In this document: positions 52,340 to 64,000 of the stretch, piece by piece
Position numbering within the stretch: the stretch's first letter is position 1
How the letters are laid out: each line of letters begins with the position of its first letter
Assembly (NCBI RefSeq): GCF_018350175.1
Contig: NC_058368.1
Location: 128,404,001 to 128,468,000 of the forward strand
Direction of reading: 5' to 3'
From: Felis catus
Lineage: Eukaryota
DNA: 64,000 bases
Made by a program: the position numbers and the translations under genes
The notes under the pieces: model-generated
Seen by the model: only the letters and a program-made list of their open reading frames with translations
Told to the model about the DNA's origin: nothing
The model's database searches: none

Positions 52340-52760
52340 CTCTGACTTTAGATAGAGTCGCCTAAGATAAAGAATATATTTCCCAGATTTCTTTCTGTTA
52401 CATGTGACCCATGTGGCAATTCTGGTCAGTGATGTATCACTTTCGTTATAGGTCTTAGATGGAGAGAACATTCCTTCTCTTATCCTCTTCCTCCTTCATG
52501 CTGGCTGAAATGTATATTAATAGCTGGTTATATGTATATTAATGGATGGTTCCAACATCCATTTTGGATGAGGTGACTATGGGAAAGGAAGCCCATATGG
52601 CAGAACTGCAAGACAAAAATCTCCTGGGTCTCAGATATTATAATACAACTAATCCAACTTTAACTGCCTATCTCTGGAACCTTATATGAGAAAGCACATC
52701 TCTCTTGTTTAAGGAACTGTTATTTTTAGGTTTTCATCATTCCTAGTTAAACTTACAAAT
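52340..52760 (+). mobile_element. Old MLT1-type LTR remnant
   Basis: atttcccagatttct...gacccatgtggcaattctgg and 3' cttgtttaagg motifs. Confidence 0.55.
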
Positions 52761-53348
52761 CCGTTCAGTCCCTTATTCCATCAGCCTTTCTTGGCCATAC
52801 AGCACAATGGTTAAGAGTTTTGAAATCAAAGAGAGTTGGTTTGACACCCAGCTCTACCACCCAATAATTTCCTGATCTTGGGCAATTTATGTAAATGGTA
52901 TAAGCATCAATTTCCGTATGTGTAGCTACCTCATTGTATCTAACTTATAGGGATATTGTGAGGTTCTTATTGCATGATACATATAAGGAGTTTGGTAAGC
53001 ACCACTGTCCCTTGACAGCCTCACTCTGCTCTCATAATGCATCACTGTATCCATTCTTGCTGGTGTTCCCAACCTCCTCCCTTGTCCTGCTGCATCTTTC
53101 TTGCAGACCCTATCTTGGTAAATCCAAGTCTTCTCCATGCCTACATGATTATGGGCTAACACAATTATGCAAATTGGGACCACTACAAGTGTATGGTCTC
53201 CAGCAGGGCTCTCCTGGAGGCTGGGAAGTATTTGAAAACTGTATCTATCCCTAAGCACATCCCTTCTCCACAGTTTATGCATTTTCACTCTTCACGTCAT
53301 CCTAGAATAAAGAAACATGTTTATTCTGCTTCCTTAAAAGAAAAAAAA

Positions 53349-53528
53349 GGGGCTCCTGGGTGAAGTCAGCTGAGCATCTGAGTTCAGCTGAGGTCATGAT
53401 CTCATGGTTCATGAGTTTGAGCCCATTGTCAGGCTTGCTTCAGATCCTCTGTCCCCCTCTCTCTCTTCCCCTGCCCAACTTGCTCTCTCTCTTAAAAATA
53501 AACATTTTTTGAAAATTAAAAAAAAAAG
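53349..53528 (+). mobile_element. CanSINE
   Basis: Degenerate head, CT tract, A tail. Confidence 0.85.
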
Positions 53529-54143
53529 AATTTTACCTCAATCCCTTTATCTCATCCCCTCCCCAATCATCACATACCTTACTCCACCTGAAGTAGAGAG
53601 AAATGTGACCTCTGTGCTCTTTTGAGCTAGGGACTCACTTTGCTTTCCTCCCCATTTAAGCCTGCGGAGTTAGTATTCTCTGTGCTTATGGTCTTATTTT
53701 TATCAATTACTACAAAGGGCTTTTAAATACATTGTTTCATTTAAGCCACACAATAATCCAGCAAGGAGAACTTGTACTATCGTTTTACAGATGAAGAAAC
53801 AGAAGCTAGGAGAGGTTAACTGGCTTCTCCAAGGTCACTTGGCATCTAACATCCATGCCCCATGGCTTCAGTTTCAGACCACTTTCCACACCACCACACA
53901 GCTTCCTTGGACCCTGCTACCCATCCCATCCATGGTCAGCCTAGATGAAACTCTCCCTTCAGAAGCTCTCTCACATCTGCCTTTCTTTCTGGTCACACAT
54001 GCTGGCTATCCTCCCCTCACCCTTAATCAACCAATTTATCTCTCTCCTTAGCATCTAAAGCTGCCACTCCACCCCGCCCCACCAGATGACTCTTAAGGTA
54101 CCACTCTGATTAACCTCACCTCCCTCAAAAAACGCTGAATGTT

Positions 54144-54372
54144 GGGGCGCCTGGGTGGCGCAGTCGGTTAAGCGTCCGACTTCAGCCAGGTCACGATCTC
54201 GCGGTCCGTGAGTTCGAGCCCCGCGTCGGGCTCTGGGCTGATGGCTCGGAGCCTGGAGCCTGTTTCCGATTCTGTGTCTCCCTCTCTCTCTGCCCCTCCC
54301 CCATTCATGCTCTGTCTCTCTCTGTCCCAAAAATAAATAAAAGTTGAAAAAAATTAAAAAAAAAAAACAAAC
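54144..54372 (+). mobile_element. Young SINEC_Fc
   Basis: CpGs intact; TSD aacgctgaatg (54131-54141, 54373-54383). Confidence 0.95.
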
Positions 54373-54949
54373 AACGCTGAATGCTCTCATTTTGCTGGAG
54401 AATCAAGCCCAGATGTCACAGCCACGTGGGCCCCAAGCTCTGACCTTGTTTCCCTTCCAGGACTCATCTCTCTGTTTCATCTGCAAAAAATCCTCCTCTG
54501 TTTTGGTCTTTTAGCCATTCCCTACACTTTCCTTACCTGGGGCCATGCTTTGTTCTTGCTGTTTTTCTTTGTTTGTGTCAGGTTGATTTGTTACTTCTTT
54601 TTACTTATAATACCTTGCCCATTAACCCACCACCCATTTTGCAATCTGTACACCTTAAACACACAACCCAAGTTCTAATTCCTTCATGTAGCCTCTCCTG
54701 CTTTCTAAGTGAGCAACTTTCATTCACATGGCACCTAGCTGCCTGGTTACATAATTTCCTCCATCAGTCTATAAGTTTCAGGAGGCTCCAACTATGTCAG
54801 AGGCATCTTTGTATCACTCTCATATCTAGCAGAGGCTCTGAATATAGCAAGTGGGCAACCAATGTGTAAAATGCTTTGGTTAAATGAATATTCAGGAATA
54901 AAACCATCTTCCCATGCGTTTAAATTCCAAAATAAAAGACACACACACA

Positions 54950-57444
54950 TGCACAAACTTTGACAAGATCCACAGAATTTTCCATAGTCTTTAACAATTT
55001 AACAGAAATGAGATAACTGAGAAAATTTAAACTCATAATTTTATAATTTAAGTACAATGTAGTCCACTTAATTAAGAATTCAACTCCATTTAGGTTGTAA
55101 ATAGATATTTAAAATTATGTATTTGTATTGATTTATAATACAGACATAGGTTTTCAAGGATTCATAGAGCTTCATGTCATAAGCCAGATTTTGTAACTGG
55201 CCTCTTTATTTTTAGGTAAGTAAACCCAAAGGCAATGAAGTCTTGAAAAGTGGATGAAACCCCAAAAGAAACTCTATGTGACCTACAGAGCGCTTTAATA
55301 AAACATTGTCCATGCAAATCCTATATCCAGTGATACTCATTTTGACCTACTGATGTTTCCATGGAGGATACTTCTGCTAGCTGTGATTTCTCTTCATGTA
55401 ACATCCCAGCTCTCCACTTCTATTCTCATAATTTAGAACCCAGTTCCATCACATGTTGCTGTTAGGTCTCTGGCAAGTCAAACATTTTAAAGACCATAGG
55501 CAGGTTAGGAGAGGTTGTACAATGCAGGATGGAAAGTATTATGAAAACCAAACTCTCCTGTTTCGTCTTGTATTTGTGCTTCCTTTGGTCTTTTCCCTAC
55601 TTGGGTCCTTGGGAATTGTGTGCATGTGTAACAGTACCTACTACATGGTCTCTTTTTAGCACAGGTTGGATATGAAGAGTCCAAACAGGAAAACACTGAA
55701 GGAATCCTGAGGCCCTCAGAGAAATAAATTATAGCTGCTCCTTTAGCTCTGCTTTCTGTCCTTTGTTCTTTATTTAAGAAAAATAAGTTATTTCCCCCAT
55801 TTATCAGCTCTCATCTTCTCAAATTATAAGCAAGTGAAATCAGTAAAGGTCATTTAAAGGCAAGTGTAAACCTGGCAAGTTTAAGAGAAGAGGCCATGGT
55901 ATAGATTAGTGGCCTGGGGGGACAAACTGAACTACAGGAGCTTACAGTGAGGAAAAATTCAGGTTTGCTGTACAATGCTAGCACTGTGTTACACAACTGA
56001 GGCCCATCCCGTAAGTACTAATTGTTTAAAGTCATACAGGCATAGGCAGTCCTTCAAATTCAACTATAAATATAACAAAAAAGAAAAAAATAGGGAGAAA
56101 TTCAGAAATGTGCAAATATCATTGTTTCTGGGGCAAAACTCTATCGACCAGTAGTTTGGGTTTGCCACCAAAAAAAGTAAGAACAAGAGAATTTTAGGAA
56201 GTAATATCCGTGAAGAAACAAACGTAGGCAAAATGAATTTCAGGTCTTCATTATAGAGTTTATAGGTTTGAAAAAAAAGAAACCCAGGCTATTGAAGAAT
56301 TCATACTTCTGGGAAACATTTTCCCATGCACTGTATCTATAACAACTATTAAACAAGTTCTCTTTCTCTCTTTATTAAGAAAGCCTCCAGAACCAAAAAT
56401 TCCCGGGAGAACTTCTGTGCCACCATTTGCCTCGGGCTTCTTTACTCATGACTGCAACCCATCTCTGGAAACTGGGAATAACAGGTGGTCTAAAATCACT
56501 TATGATTAAGGGTACCTGCAGTGTGCCAATGATGTGAACGTTCACACATCTAACCAATACACATTTAACCAAGATGATCCTTTAAACCAGGACAACATGA
56601 GAAAGTGACATTACAATACAACAGAAAACCGATTTTTCCCATTGAACTACAGAATACTTTTCCAGAAGTATTTCACCTCTTTCCAGAAATATATAAAGTT
56701 AACTGCAAAACAGTAATAGCACAGTGTTCATCAAGCCACAGAACAAATCACCTTGTTTTCAAAATATTAACGTAAACTTAGTGTCAAGTGCATCAATGTA
56801 CTAACCAAAATTACTGTTGCTTTTGAACAGTTGATACAACAAAAGTGCTGTGGGAAGTCCTATCAGCAAAACTGGTGGCAGCTTCCAAAGAGATCCATTA
56901 AAAATTGTTAGTGGTATGAAATAACGACTTATCAAAAATTCACTTCATGTTCACCAGTGTTAGCTCTTTAGAATGGGAGTTTAACTCCAGGGTATATATA
57001 CTCTTCTGAATATAATCAACAAGCAACAAAGCCAGCGCCCACAGTTAGAGGCTTTCAGACCTGGCAGAAGGAATCTATTGTATGGCATAGATCTCTGTCC
57101 ATGCTCAAAATATCTAACGATATTTCTCATCTATACCGGACTTCTTTGAAAAGTACTATACTGTTTCATATCCTCCTTTCACTATAACAAAATGTATTAA
57201 ATAAAACCTTTAGATTAGATTTAAAAGCTGCTGAAAAACCGCCTGCTTTAGGCTCTAATTATCAGAGGTCTGTTATCTGGGAGCTTTGGGCTCTCAAATA
57301 TCAGAAACCCCAATAACTTATCATAAAAATACAAGCTCTTGGTTTTGAAAAATATACAAAATGCACTTCACATGGAAATAGCTCTTGATTGTCAAGGAAA
57401 GTAAGATACCAGTCTCATTCATAGATTCGTGTTGTGTTTGCATT
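54950..57444 (-). other. ELOVL7: ELOVL7 3' UTR (distal end uncertain)
   Basis: About 2.5 kb of AT-rich sequence without recognisable repeats downstream of the stop; minus-strand AATAAA at 56371-56376, 55769-55774 and 55205-55210. Confidence 0.7.
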
Positions 57445-57654
57445 TCAGTGGTCTTTGTTTTTGCAGACTCCATTTTTCACAGTTTTGGGCAGCCTCTGAC
57501 CTTTGGTGTAAGCACGGTACCAAAAATGGAGAAAGAGCAGCAGAAAGATGCACGCATAACTCATAATGATGTACAGAAAGACTGGAAACTGGTACTTGCA
57601 ATCCTCCATGAAAAAGAACTGGCCTATGTGGATAGTGACAATAAGGAACTGGGC
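57445..57654 (-). CDS. ELOVL7: ELOVL7 last coding exon (210 nt; AQFLIVTIHIGQFFFMEDCKYQFPVFLYIIMSYACIFLLLFLHFWYRAYTKGQRLPKTVKNGVCKNKDH*)
   Basis: Manual translation; TCTTAG acceptor at 57660-57655; TGA at 57447-57445; in frame with the previous exon; C-terminal KxKxx (KNKDH) ER-retrieval motif. Confidence 0.96.
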   Translation of the reverse strand, partial: AQFLIVTIHIGQFFFMEDCKYQFPVFLYIIMSYACIFLLLFLHFWYRAYTKGQRLPKTVKNGVCKNKDH

Positions 57655-59465
57655 CTAAGAGATGAAAGAATGAAAAATATTATTCAGATATGAAGTCACA
57701 ATGGAGCAATTATCTAATGCATTCTTTGGCTGCTTACTTTTAAACACTCTCCAACCACATCTAGCGTACTGCTGGGTAGGGAATTTTATCTTTAAATCTA
57801 TCTGGATGTGAGAGTGGGTAGGACAGTGTCAGAATCCAGCCTGGAATTGGGACCCACTATGCAGTCCTGCCAAGCTCTATAACTCGAGCGGAGCCCCATG
57901 TAAATGCCCTGGAGCTGTGAGGTGCAAGAGGCCTTTGTACCCAGAGTAAGGACCATCAGAGCAGGTTTTCTTGGCACGTCTCTGACTTGAGTCCTCGACT
58001 GAGGAAATGCACAAGGAACCACTATCTTATGGTCTTACTATTTCTAAAATAATTTCAATTCAAATATTCTGTCTTGCTGTTAGACAAGGTATTTCAATTT
58101 TGGGGAACTACAAACATTCTAATTACAGCCCCAGCAATTTTGTAGAAGCCAAAGCATCTCTGAGTCCTTATATCTGCCACCTGTCATCCACAGTCATAGA
58201 TAAAAATATATCCTGCCAATGGCAGGAGAAAATCTGTAAGGAGTGAAACATTACTGATCACGGTTCTAGTGACGCCCAAGGGCTCTTTGTCCCAGAACAT
58301 TATACACAGTCTAAAGAGGAACACTTCCAGGCTAATGTTCAGATTTTTTGGATAGCTTTCTTCTCCTGATTAAAAGGCAACATGAGTTCTGAGGGAATTT
58401 TAGAAAAGTAAACGTTTATCCATACAAATAAATAACAATTACCTATAAACTATCCAGTTGTAACTATCGTTAAGATTTTCACACAGTTTCTTTTATTATC
58501 ATCATCAACTTTCCTTGCCTTATCTGAATGAACTTTTATGACATTCCTGTGCAGTAGCTATCCCTCTCATTTTTCAGACAAGAAGATGAAACCTTAGGAA
58601 GCTTAAGTGACACCCTCAACATTCGATGTAGGTGTGTTTGTGTATAACCAACATGTTTGAAATAGTAATAAACAAATGTCTATTCTTTTTTCTATATGAA
58701 TAGTTTGCCCCATTATTAAACATTTTTACAACATTTAAGAGTAATGTTAAGTGCAAAAAGCCCAATATAAAGTTGTATACGCAGTATAATGCAAATCACA
58801 CAAGTGTACATATATAAGTATAGAAAAGACAAGCTATTTAGATGTTTTAATTTGTCTGCAATGAGCATATATTACTTTACAGTCAGAAAAAAATTCTTAA
58901 AAAGAAAACAATTGTGAATAATTTTCTTGATTTCATAATATCCCAAAGTAAGAATTAAAATAATTTATTTCACTATTTCCTTATACTTGGTTATTTAGAG
59001 TGTTGTCAACTTTGTCAGTATATTTATTATACCGTCACTCTACATCTTTAATGCTCTCAAAGTTACATTCCCTCCCTCAAAGTCATTTAGATCTAGAATA
59101 TGGAATTTCTAACTTCTAATTTAATATTATGCCTACTGTGGTTCAAATAACTGAGATTATCTTGATCATAACAAGATTTATTTAATATAAAAGCAGAAAT
59201 AGTATAAAGATGGCATAAAGATACACATTATGGTTCAACTGGGCTTCTCGGCTACCAAATACACTTCATTTGCAACACAGTTCTTGACAAAAGTTTAAAC
59301 TACAGGAAAAGGATAAGGACAGGATGCAATATAGGAGCCAGACACACTATATCCCTATTGTTCTGTAACTTTTGTTCTTTATTTAGTTACTATCCTGATT
59401 CATAGGGAAGAGGAATGACTGCAATTTAGTTTTGTATCTGATTTTAAAGAAAATTAATTACTCAC

Positions 59466-59602
59466 AAGCTGTAATGATGTCAAATATTTTTTCCACCACA
59501 AATACTTCTGGAAGGCTGGTCCCAATGCAGATAGCCCATAGTATGAATACATAACTACATGTACAGCTGTATTTAGAAAGGCATGGAAAGTTCCCAAACC
59601 AC
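59466..59602 (-). CDS. ELOVL7: ELOVL7 penultimate coding exon (137 nt; [46 protein letters not shown])
   Basis: Manual translation (absent from the ORF track); TTTTCCAG acceptor and GTGAGT donor; contains the ELO-family HxxMYxYY and TxxQ motifs. Confidence 0.96.
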
Positions 59603-60190
59603 CTGGAAAATAAAATTATTATAAAATGGGGGCATTGTTCCTTAAAATGAGACTCATTTTGTCTTAATTGAGATTTTTAGAATAAATATTTCTTTAATTT
59701 TAGTAGAAAGAAATGCATCCAAAACATAAATCTTGTTAAACAGCTACTAAATTAGAGGGAACTGGATAATACATTCATTCAGTAAAATACAAGATGCAAA
59801 ACTTTAAAAATAAATTAGCATGTCTATTGTTATATCTTAACCTTAAGATGGTCTTATAATTTGGATATACTTTAACAAATTAAGTTGTGTTACTTTTTTA
59901 ACGTGGCATATGCTAAATAATAGTAATCAAATTCATTTTTTTAGTGAGGGTTGACATATGTACACAAATACATTAATCTTAAGTGTATAATTTGATGATT
60001 TTTTTACATAGGTATACACCCCACATAACCATCACCAAAGTCTAGATAGACTATTTCCAACATCACATACATTCCTATGTCCCCCTTCCAAGAATATACC
60101 CCTCCCAAAGTAACCTTTATGCTAAAACTATAGCTCTGCCTTTTATTAAGCTTCATATAAATAGAATTATACAACAGATTTTGAGACTAC

Positions 60191-60405
60191 TTTCTTTTTT
60201 TTAATGTTTATTTATTTTTGAGAGAGACAGAGACAGAATGCGAGTGGGTTAGGGGCAGAGAGAGAGGGAGACATGGAATCCTAAGCAGACTCCAGGTTCC
60301 GAGCTGTCAGCACAGAGCCCAACACGGGGCTCGAACTCACAAGCCATGAGATCATGACCTGAGCCGAAGTCGGACGTTTAACCGACCGAGCCACCCAGGT
60401 GCCCC
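60191..60405 (-). mobile_element. CanSINE (SINEC_Fc-like) in ELOVL7 intron
   Basis: TSD ctactttcttt. Confidence 0.92.
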
Positions 60406-61026
60406 AAGCCTACTTTCTTTCAATCAACATAATGTTTTTAAGAATTTATCCATGTTGCTATGTATATTAGTAGTTTGCTTTCTTACTTCTGTGCAGTATT
60501 ATAGTATTACACTGTATGAATTCATCACAATCCATTCTCCTGTGCTACAAAACTTTGGCAGTAAAACCACTGGCTTTCATCAGTAGGCTAAGCTAGGTTT
60601 GCCTTAGTTATTTAAAAATAATTGTTTTTCCAAAATAAACATTTATTAATTGTTAAGTCATCTTTGATTACCGCTTCCATTTGATTATTATCAATTGTGC
60701 CTTCTTATCTTGGTTTTCTTCTTCTAACCACTATATCTCCTACTGGTCCTATTCAAGTTAGAGTTGAAGCAAAAAATCCTTGGAGAACAGAAGCAAAGAT
60801 CATTTCAATTGTCTTTAGCTGGACCTGTAGTAGTGGAAGGGGTAACAAGGTGATGAGCTGATAGTAGGGGCAAAAAATGAAAAAAACACTCTTCCCTGAC
60901 ATCTTTCCTAAGACGGACCATCTAGAAGAAGCTGCATTCTTTATGTATAGCCTGATTCAGCTTAGTGATGCTGATCTGAGATTTAAATTTTTTCTCGAAA
61001 ATATTCCACTTTCTTTATTCCATTAC

Positions 61027-61240
61027 TTTTTTTTTTTTTAGTTTGTTTTCGAGAGAAACAGAGACAGCATGAATGGGGGAGGGGCGGAAAGAAAGAGAGA
61101 GAGAGAGAGATAGAGAATCCCAAGCAGGTTCTGCACTGATAGTGCAGAGCCTCACGTGGGGCTTGAACCAACAAACTGTGAGATGATGACCTGAGCCAAA
61201 ACCAAGAGTCACTTAATCAACTGAGCCATTTATGTGCCCC
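61027..61240 (-). mobile_element. CanSINE in ELOVL7 intron
   Basis: Reverse SINE body. Confidence 0.88.
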
Positions 61241-62789
61241 TATTCCAGTATTCTTTAATTCCAGAAATAAAATGAAACCTCACAAATGTGGAACAATTAC
61301 ATTAGAAAAAGGACCAAATTCATAAGCATTATGTATTCCAGAAATTTTAAAGCAAAACAAAAATTGTTGCATAGTAGAAACTAATGACTTAATAATCACT
61401 CATAATCACAGAAATTTTAGATACTTCTGGATACTACCACTGCTAAAGTATTCCTTTAACCTTTTTTAAATAAAATAAATATTTTTGAGTAATTTAAATA
61501 CTTCCCCATGCCTCATTTCTGCTCTACTATGCTTCATAAACTTTCCCTTACTAGAGTAAATAAAATTTCAGCCAATTCTTTAATTATCATAAATTTCAAG
61601 TCAGAAGAAACTGAATTAATGCAGCTTATCAACAACCTCCCACCTTTTATTATTTACATTTAAGTTAGTCTTTTTTCCCAAAACAAACTTGAATAAATAA
61701 ATTATAGTGGTGTGAAAACACCTTTTCTGAGGTGATTTAAAAATATAATAGTTGTCTATTTCTGACAGGTTAGGAGTCAAGCTGCTTAACAGGCATATGC
61801 CAAATACTTCTCAATTCCATTTGTGTCTCCTGATTATACAAACACACAGGAAACCTATTTCACCTTTGATTAACAACCTACATCAGAGCCTTTCTCATAA
61901 AGACACCTCTCCCATTTTTTGTTAGAAGACTATTTTCCATTCAGAATCTTTCACCATTTAAATGTCCTAAAATGAGGATCCCATGGACAGGAATTTAATA
62001 AAGCACTAACGTAATTAACAGTGTTTAGTAAGGGTTACTCATCAAAATCAGCCATCAAAATTAACTTATTTTCTTGGAAGGCTTTCCTAATAAAGTATTT
62101 TCTAAGCTTGCTTTCTTCTTTACAACAATAGTTTTGAAAAGCTAACATCTCAGAATGAATTACAATTAGTGCCATCACATTTTATTCCTTTGGATTAGAA
62201 AAATAAAGGAATCACCTGGGTAATTATCACAGCTCTCCATATCTCTGGAAGGGAATATGTGCATAATGAATATAAAAACCTGCCAGAGAAACGTTTTATC
62301 ATATTCCAAAGAAAAGTTGGATTGCTGTTATGCCAGAGAAGTGTACAACAGGCAAACAGGAAATTAAATACTCGATAGAGATCAGCTGTGCTCAAGTTTT
62401 TGAAAGAACAGTTTAAACTGAACAGTTTCATTCTAGGAATGAAAGTCAATGCCAAACCACATTTCTGGAAGTATCTCAGCTCTTATCACTGTACTTGTCA
62501 CTAAGTAGATATAGGTGTACAAGTGTTTACTAAATTCCACATGCAAGACTGAATGGAAATGCCAACTTAGGGAACACATAAGAGAGAAGAAAGTATTTGC
62601 ATTTTGTAAAGCAGAAGGGGGATTAAGGTGTGGACAACGAACCCACTACAAAGTGTTCAATGTCCATAAATAGGGTAACATTGAAAAACAGGAATTTCTT
62701 TTTTAAAATTTCATTATCAAAAGGAATACTTGTTTAGAAATGGAAGCCTATCAATGGACTCAAAGATACACTTTTTTAAAAAATCTGTG

Positions 62790-63015
62790 ATTTGTTATTT
62801 ATTTATTTTTTTAACATTGATTCATTTTTTTGAGAGACAGAGAGAGAGCACAAACAGGGGAGGGGCAGAGAGAGGGGGAGACAGAGAATCCGAAGCAGGC
62901 TCTAGGCTCTGAGCTGTCAGCACAGAGCCTGATGCAGGGCTTGAACTCATGAAATGTGAGATCATGACTTGAGCCGAAGTTGGACGCTTAACCGACTTAG
63001 CCACCCAGGCTCCCC
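62790..63015 (-). mobile_element. CanSINE (SINEC_Fc-like)
   Basis: TSD tcaaagatacacttt. Confidence 0.92.
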
Positions 63016-63039
63016 TTCAAAGATACACTTTAGAAAAGG

Positions 63040-64000
63040 GCTCACCCAAAAAACTGCTAGAACTAATATACGAATTCAGCAAAGTAGCAGGATATAAAAC
63101 CAATGTACAGAAATCTATGACATTTCTATACACAAATAATGTAGCAGAAGGAGAAATCAAGGAATCGATTTCAATTACAATAGCACCAAAACCATAAAGT
63201 AACTAGAAATAAACTTAACTAAAGAGGTAAAAGATCTATACGTTGAAAACTACAGAAAGCTTATGAAAGTAATTGTAGAAGACACAAAGAACTGTAAAAA
63301 CATTCCACGCTCATGGATTGGAAGAACAAATATTGTTAAAATGTCGATACTACTCAAAGCAATCTACGTAGTCAATGCCATCCCTTTCAAAAACAACCCA
63401 ACATTCTTCACAGAGCTAGAACAAACAATTCCAAAATTTGGATGGAACAAGAAAAGGTCCCAAATAGCCAAAGTAATACTAAAAAAAAGAAAACCAAAGC
63501 TGGAGGCATCGTAATTCTGGACTTCAAGCTATATTACAAAGCTGTAATCATCAAGACGGTATGTAATGGCACAAAAACAGAAACACAGATCAAAGGAACA
63601 GAACAGAGAAGCCAGAAATGGACCTACAAATGTATGGCTGACTAATCTTTGACAATGCAGGTAAGAATATCCAATGGAAAAAAGACAGTCTCTTCAGCAA
63701 ATGGTAGTGGGAAAACTAGACGGCGACATGCAGAATGAATCTGAAACCCTTTTCTTACACCATACACAAAAATAAACTCAAAATGGATAAAAGACCTAAA
63801 TGTAAGACACAAAACCATCAAAATCCCAGAAGAGAAAACAACCTCTTTGACCTTGGCTGCAGCAACTTCTTACTAGACATGTCTCCAGAGGCAAGGGAAA
63901 CAAAAGCAAATATGAACTATTGGGACCTCATCAAGATAAAAAGCTTCTGTACAGCGAAGGAAACAATCAACAAAAGTAAAAGGCAACAGACAGAATGGGA
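63040..64000 (+). mobile_element. 5'-truncated L1 ORF2 fragment running off the window, antisense to ELOVL7
   Basis: Peptides [17 protein letters not shown] and [13 protein letters not shown]. Confidence 0.93.

Noticed and set aside
54144..54225. tRNA-like sequences with A and B boxes
   Set aside because: tRNA-derived CanSINE heads, not tRNA genes; applies to all SINE copies
57385..57693. 102-aa plus-strand ORF
   Set aside because: Antisense shadow of the ELOVL7 last exon

Overview
Mammalian genomic DNA, almost certainly a cat-family (Felidae/feliform) genome, judged from abundant CanSINE/SINEC_Fc tRNA-derived SINEs and felid-type L1 3' ends. Two genes lie in tandem on the minus strand. The first is the 5' end of DEPDC1B: a CpG-island promoter, coding exon 1 (22675-22722) and exon 2 (14907-15172, DEP domain), with intron 2 running off the left edge. 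The second is the 3' end of ELOVL7: penultimate exon 59466-59602, last coding exon 57445-57654 and a long 3' UTR. This order matches my recollection of the human locus. The rest is intron or intergenic DNA dominated by L1 fragments, about 28 SINEs, Tigger/TcMar and MER5 DNA transposons, LTRs, MIR/L2 remnants and microsatellites. Nearly all ORFs in the supplied track are L1 debris or chance ORFs. I found no convincing evidence of a wholly new biological system. The most notable observations are a three-layer transposon nest containing an 847-bp TIR element I cannot name, one target site apparently used twice by retrotransposition, a template-switch-like repeat patch and a perfect 30-bp palindrome in DEPDC1B intron 1, a CHR/CCAAT cell-cycle promoter, and a miR-219 8mer site just after the ELOVL7 stop. 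Exon coordinates were checked base by base; repeat boundaries and subfamily names are by-eye estimates.
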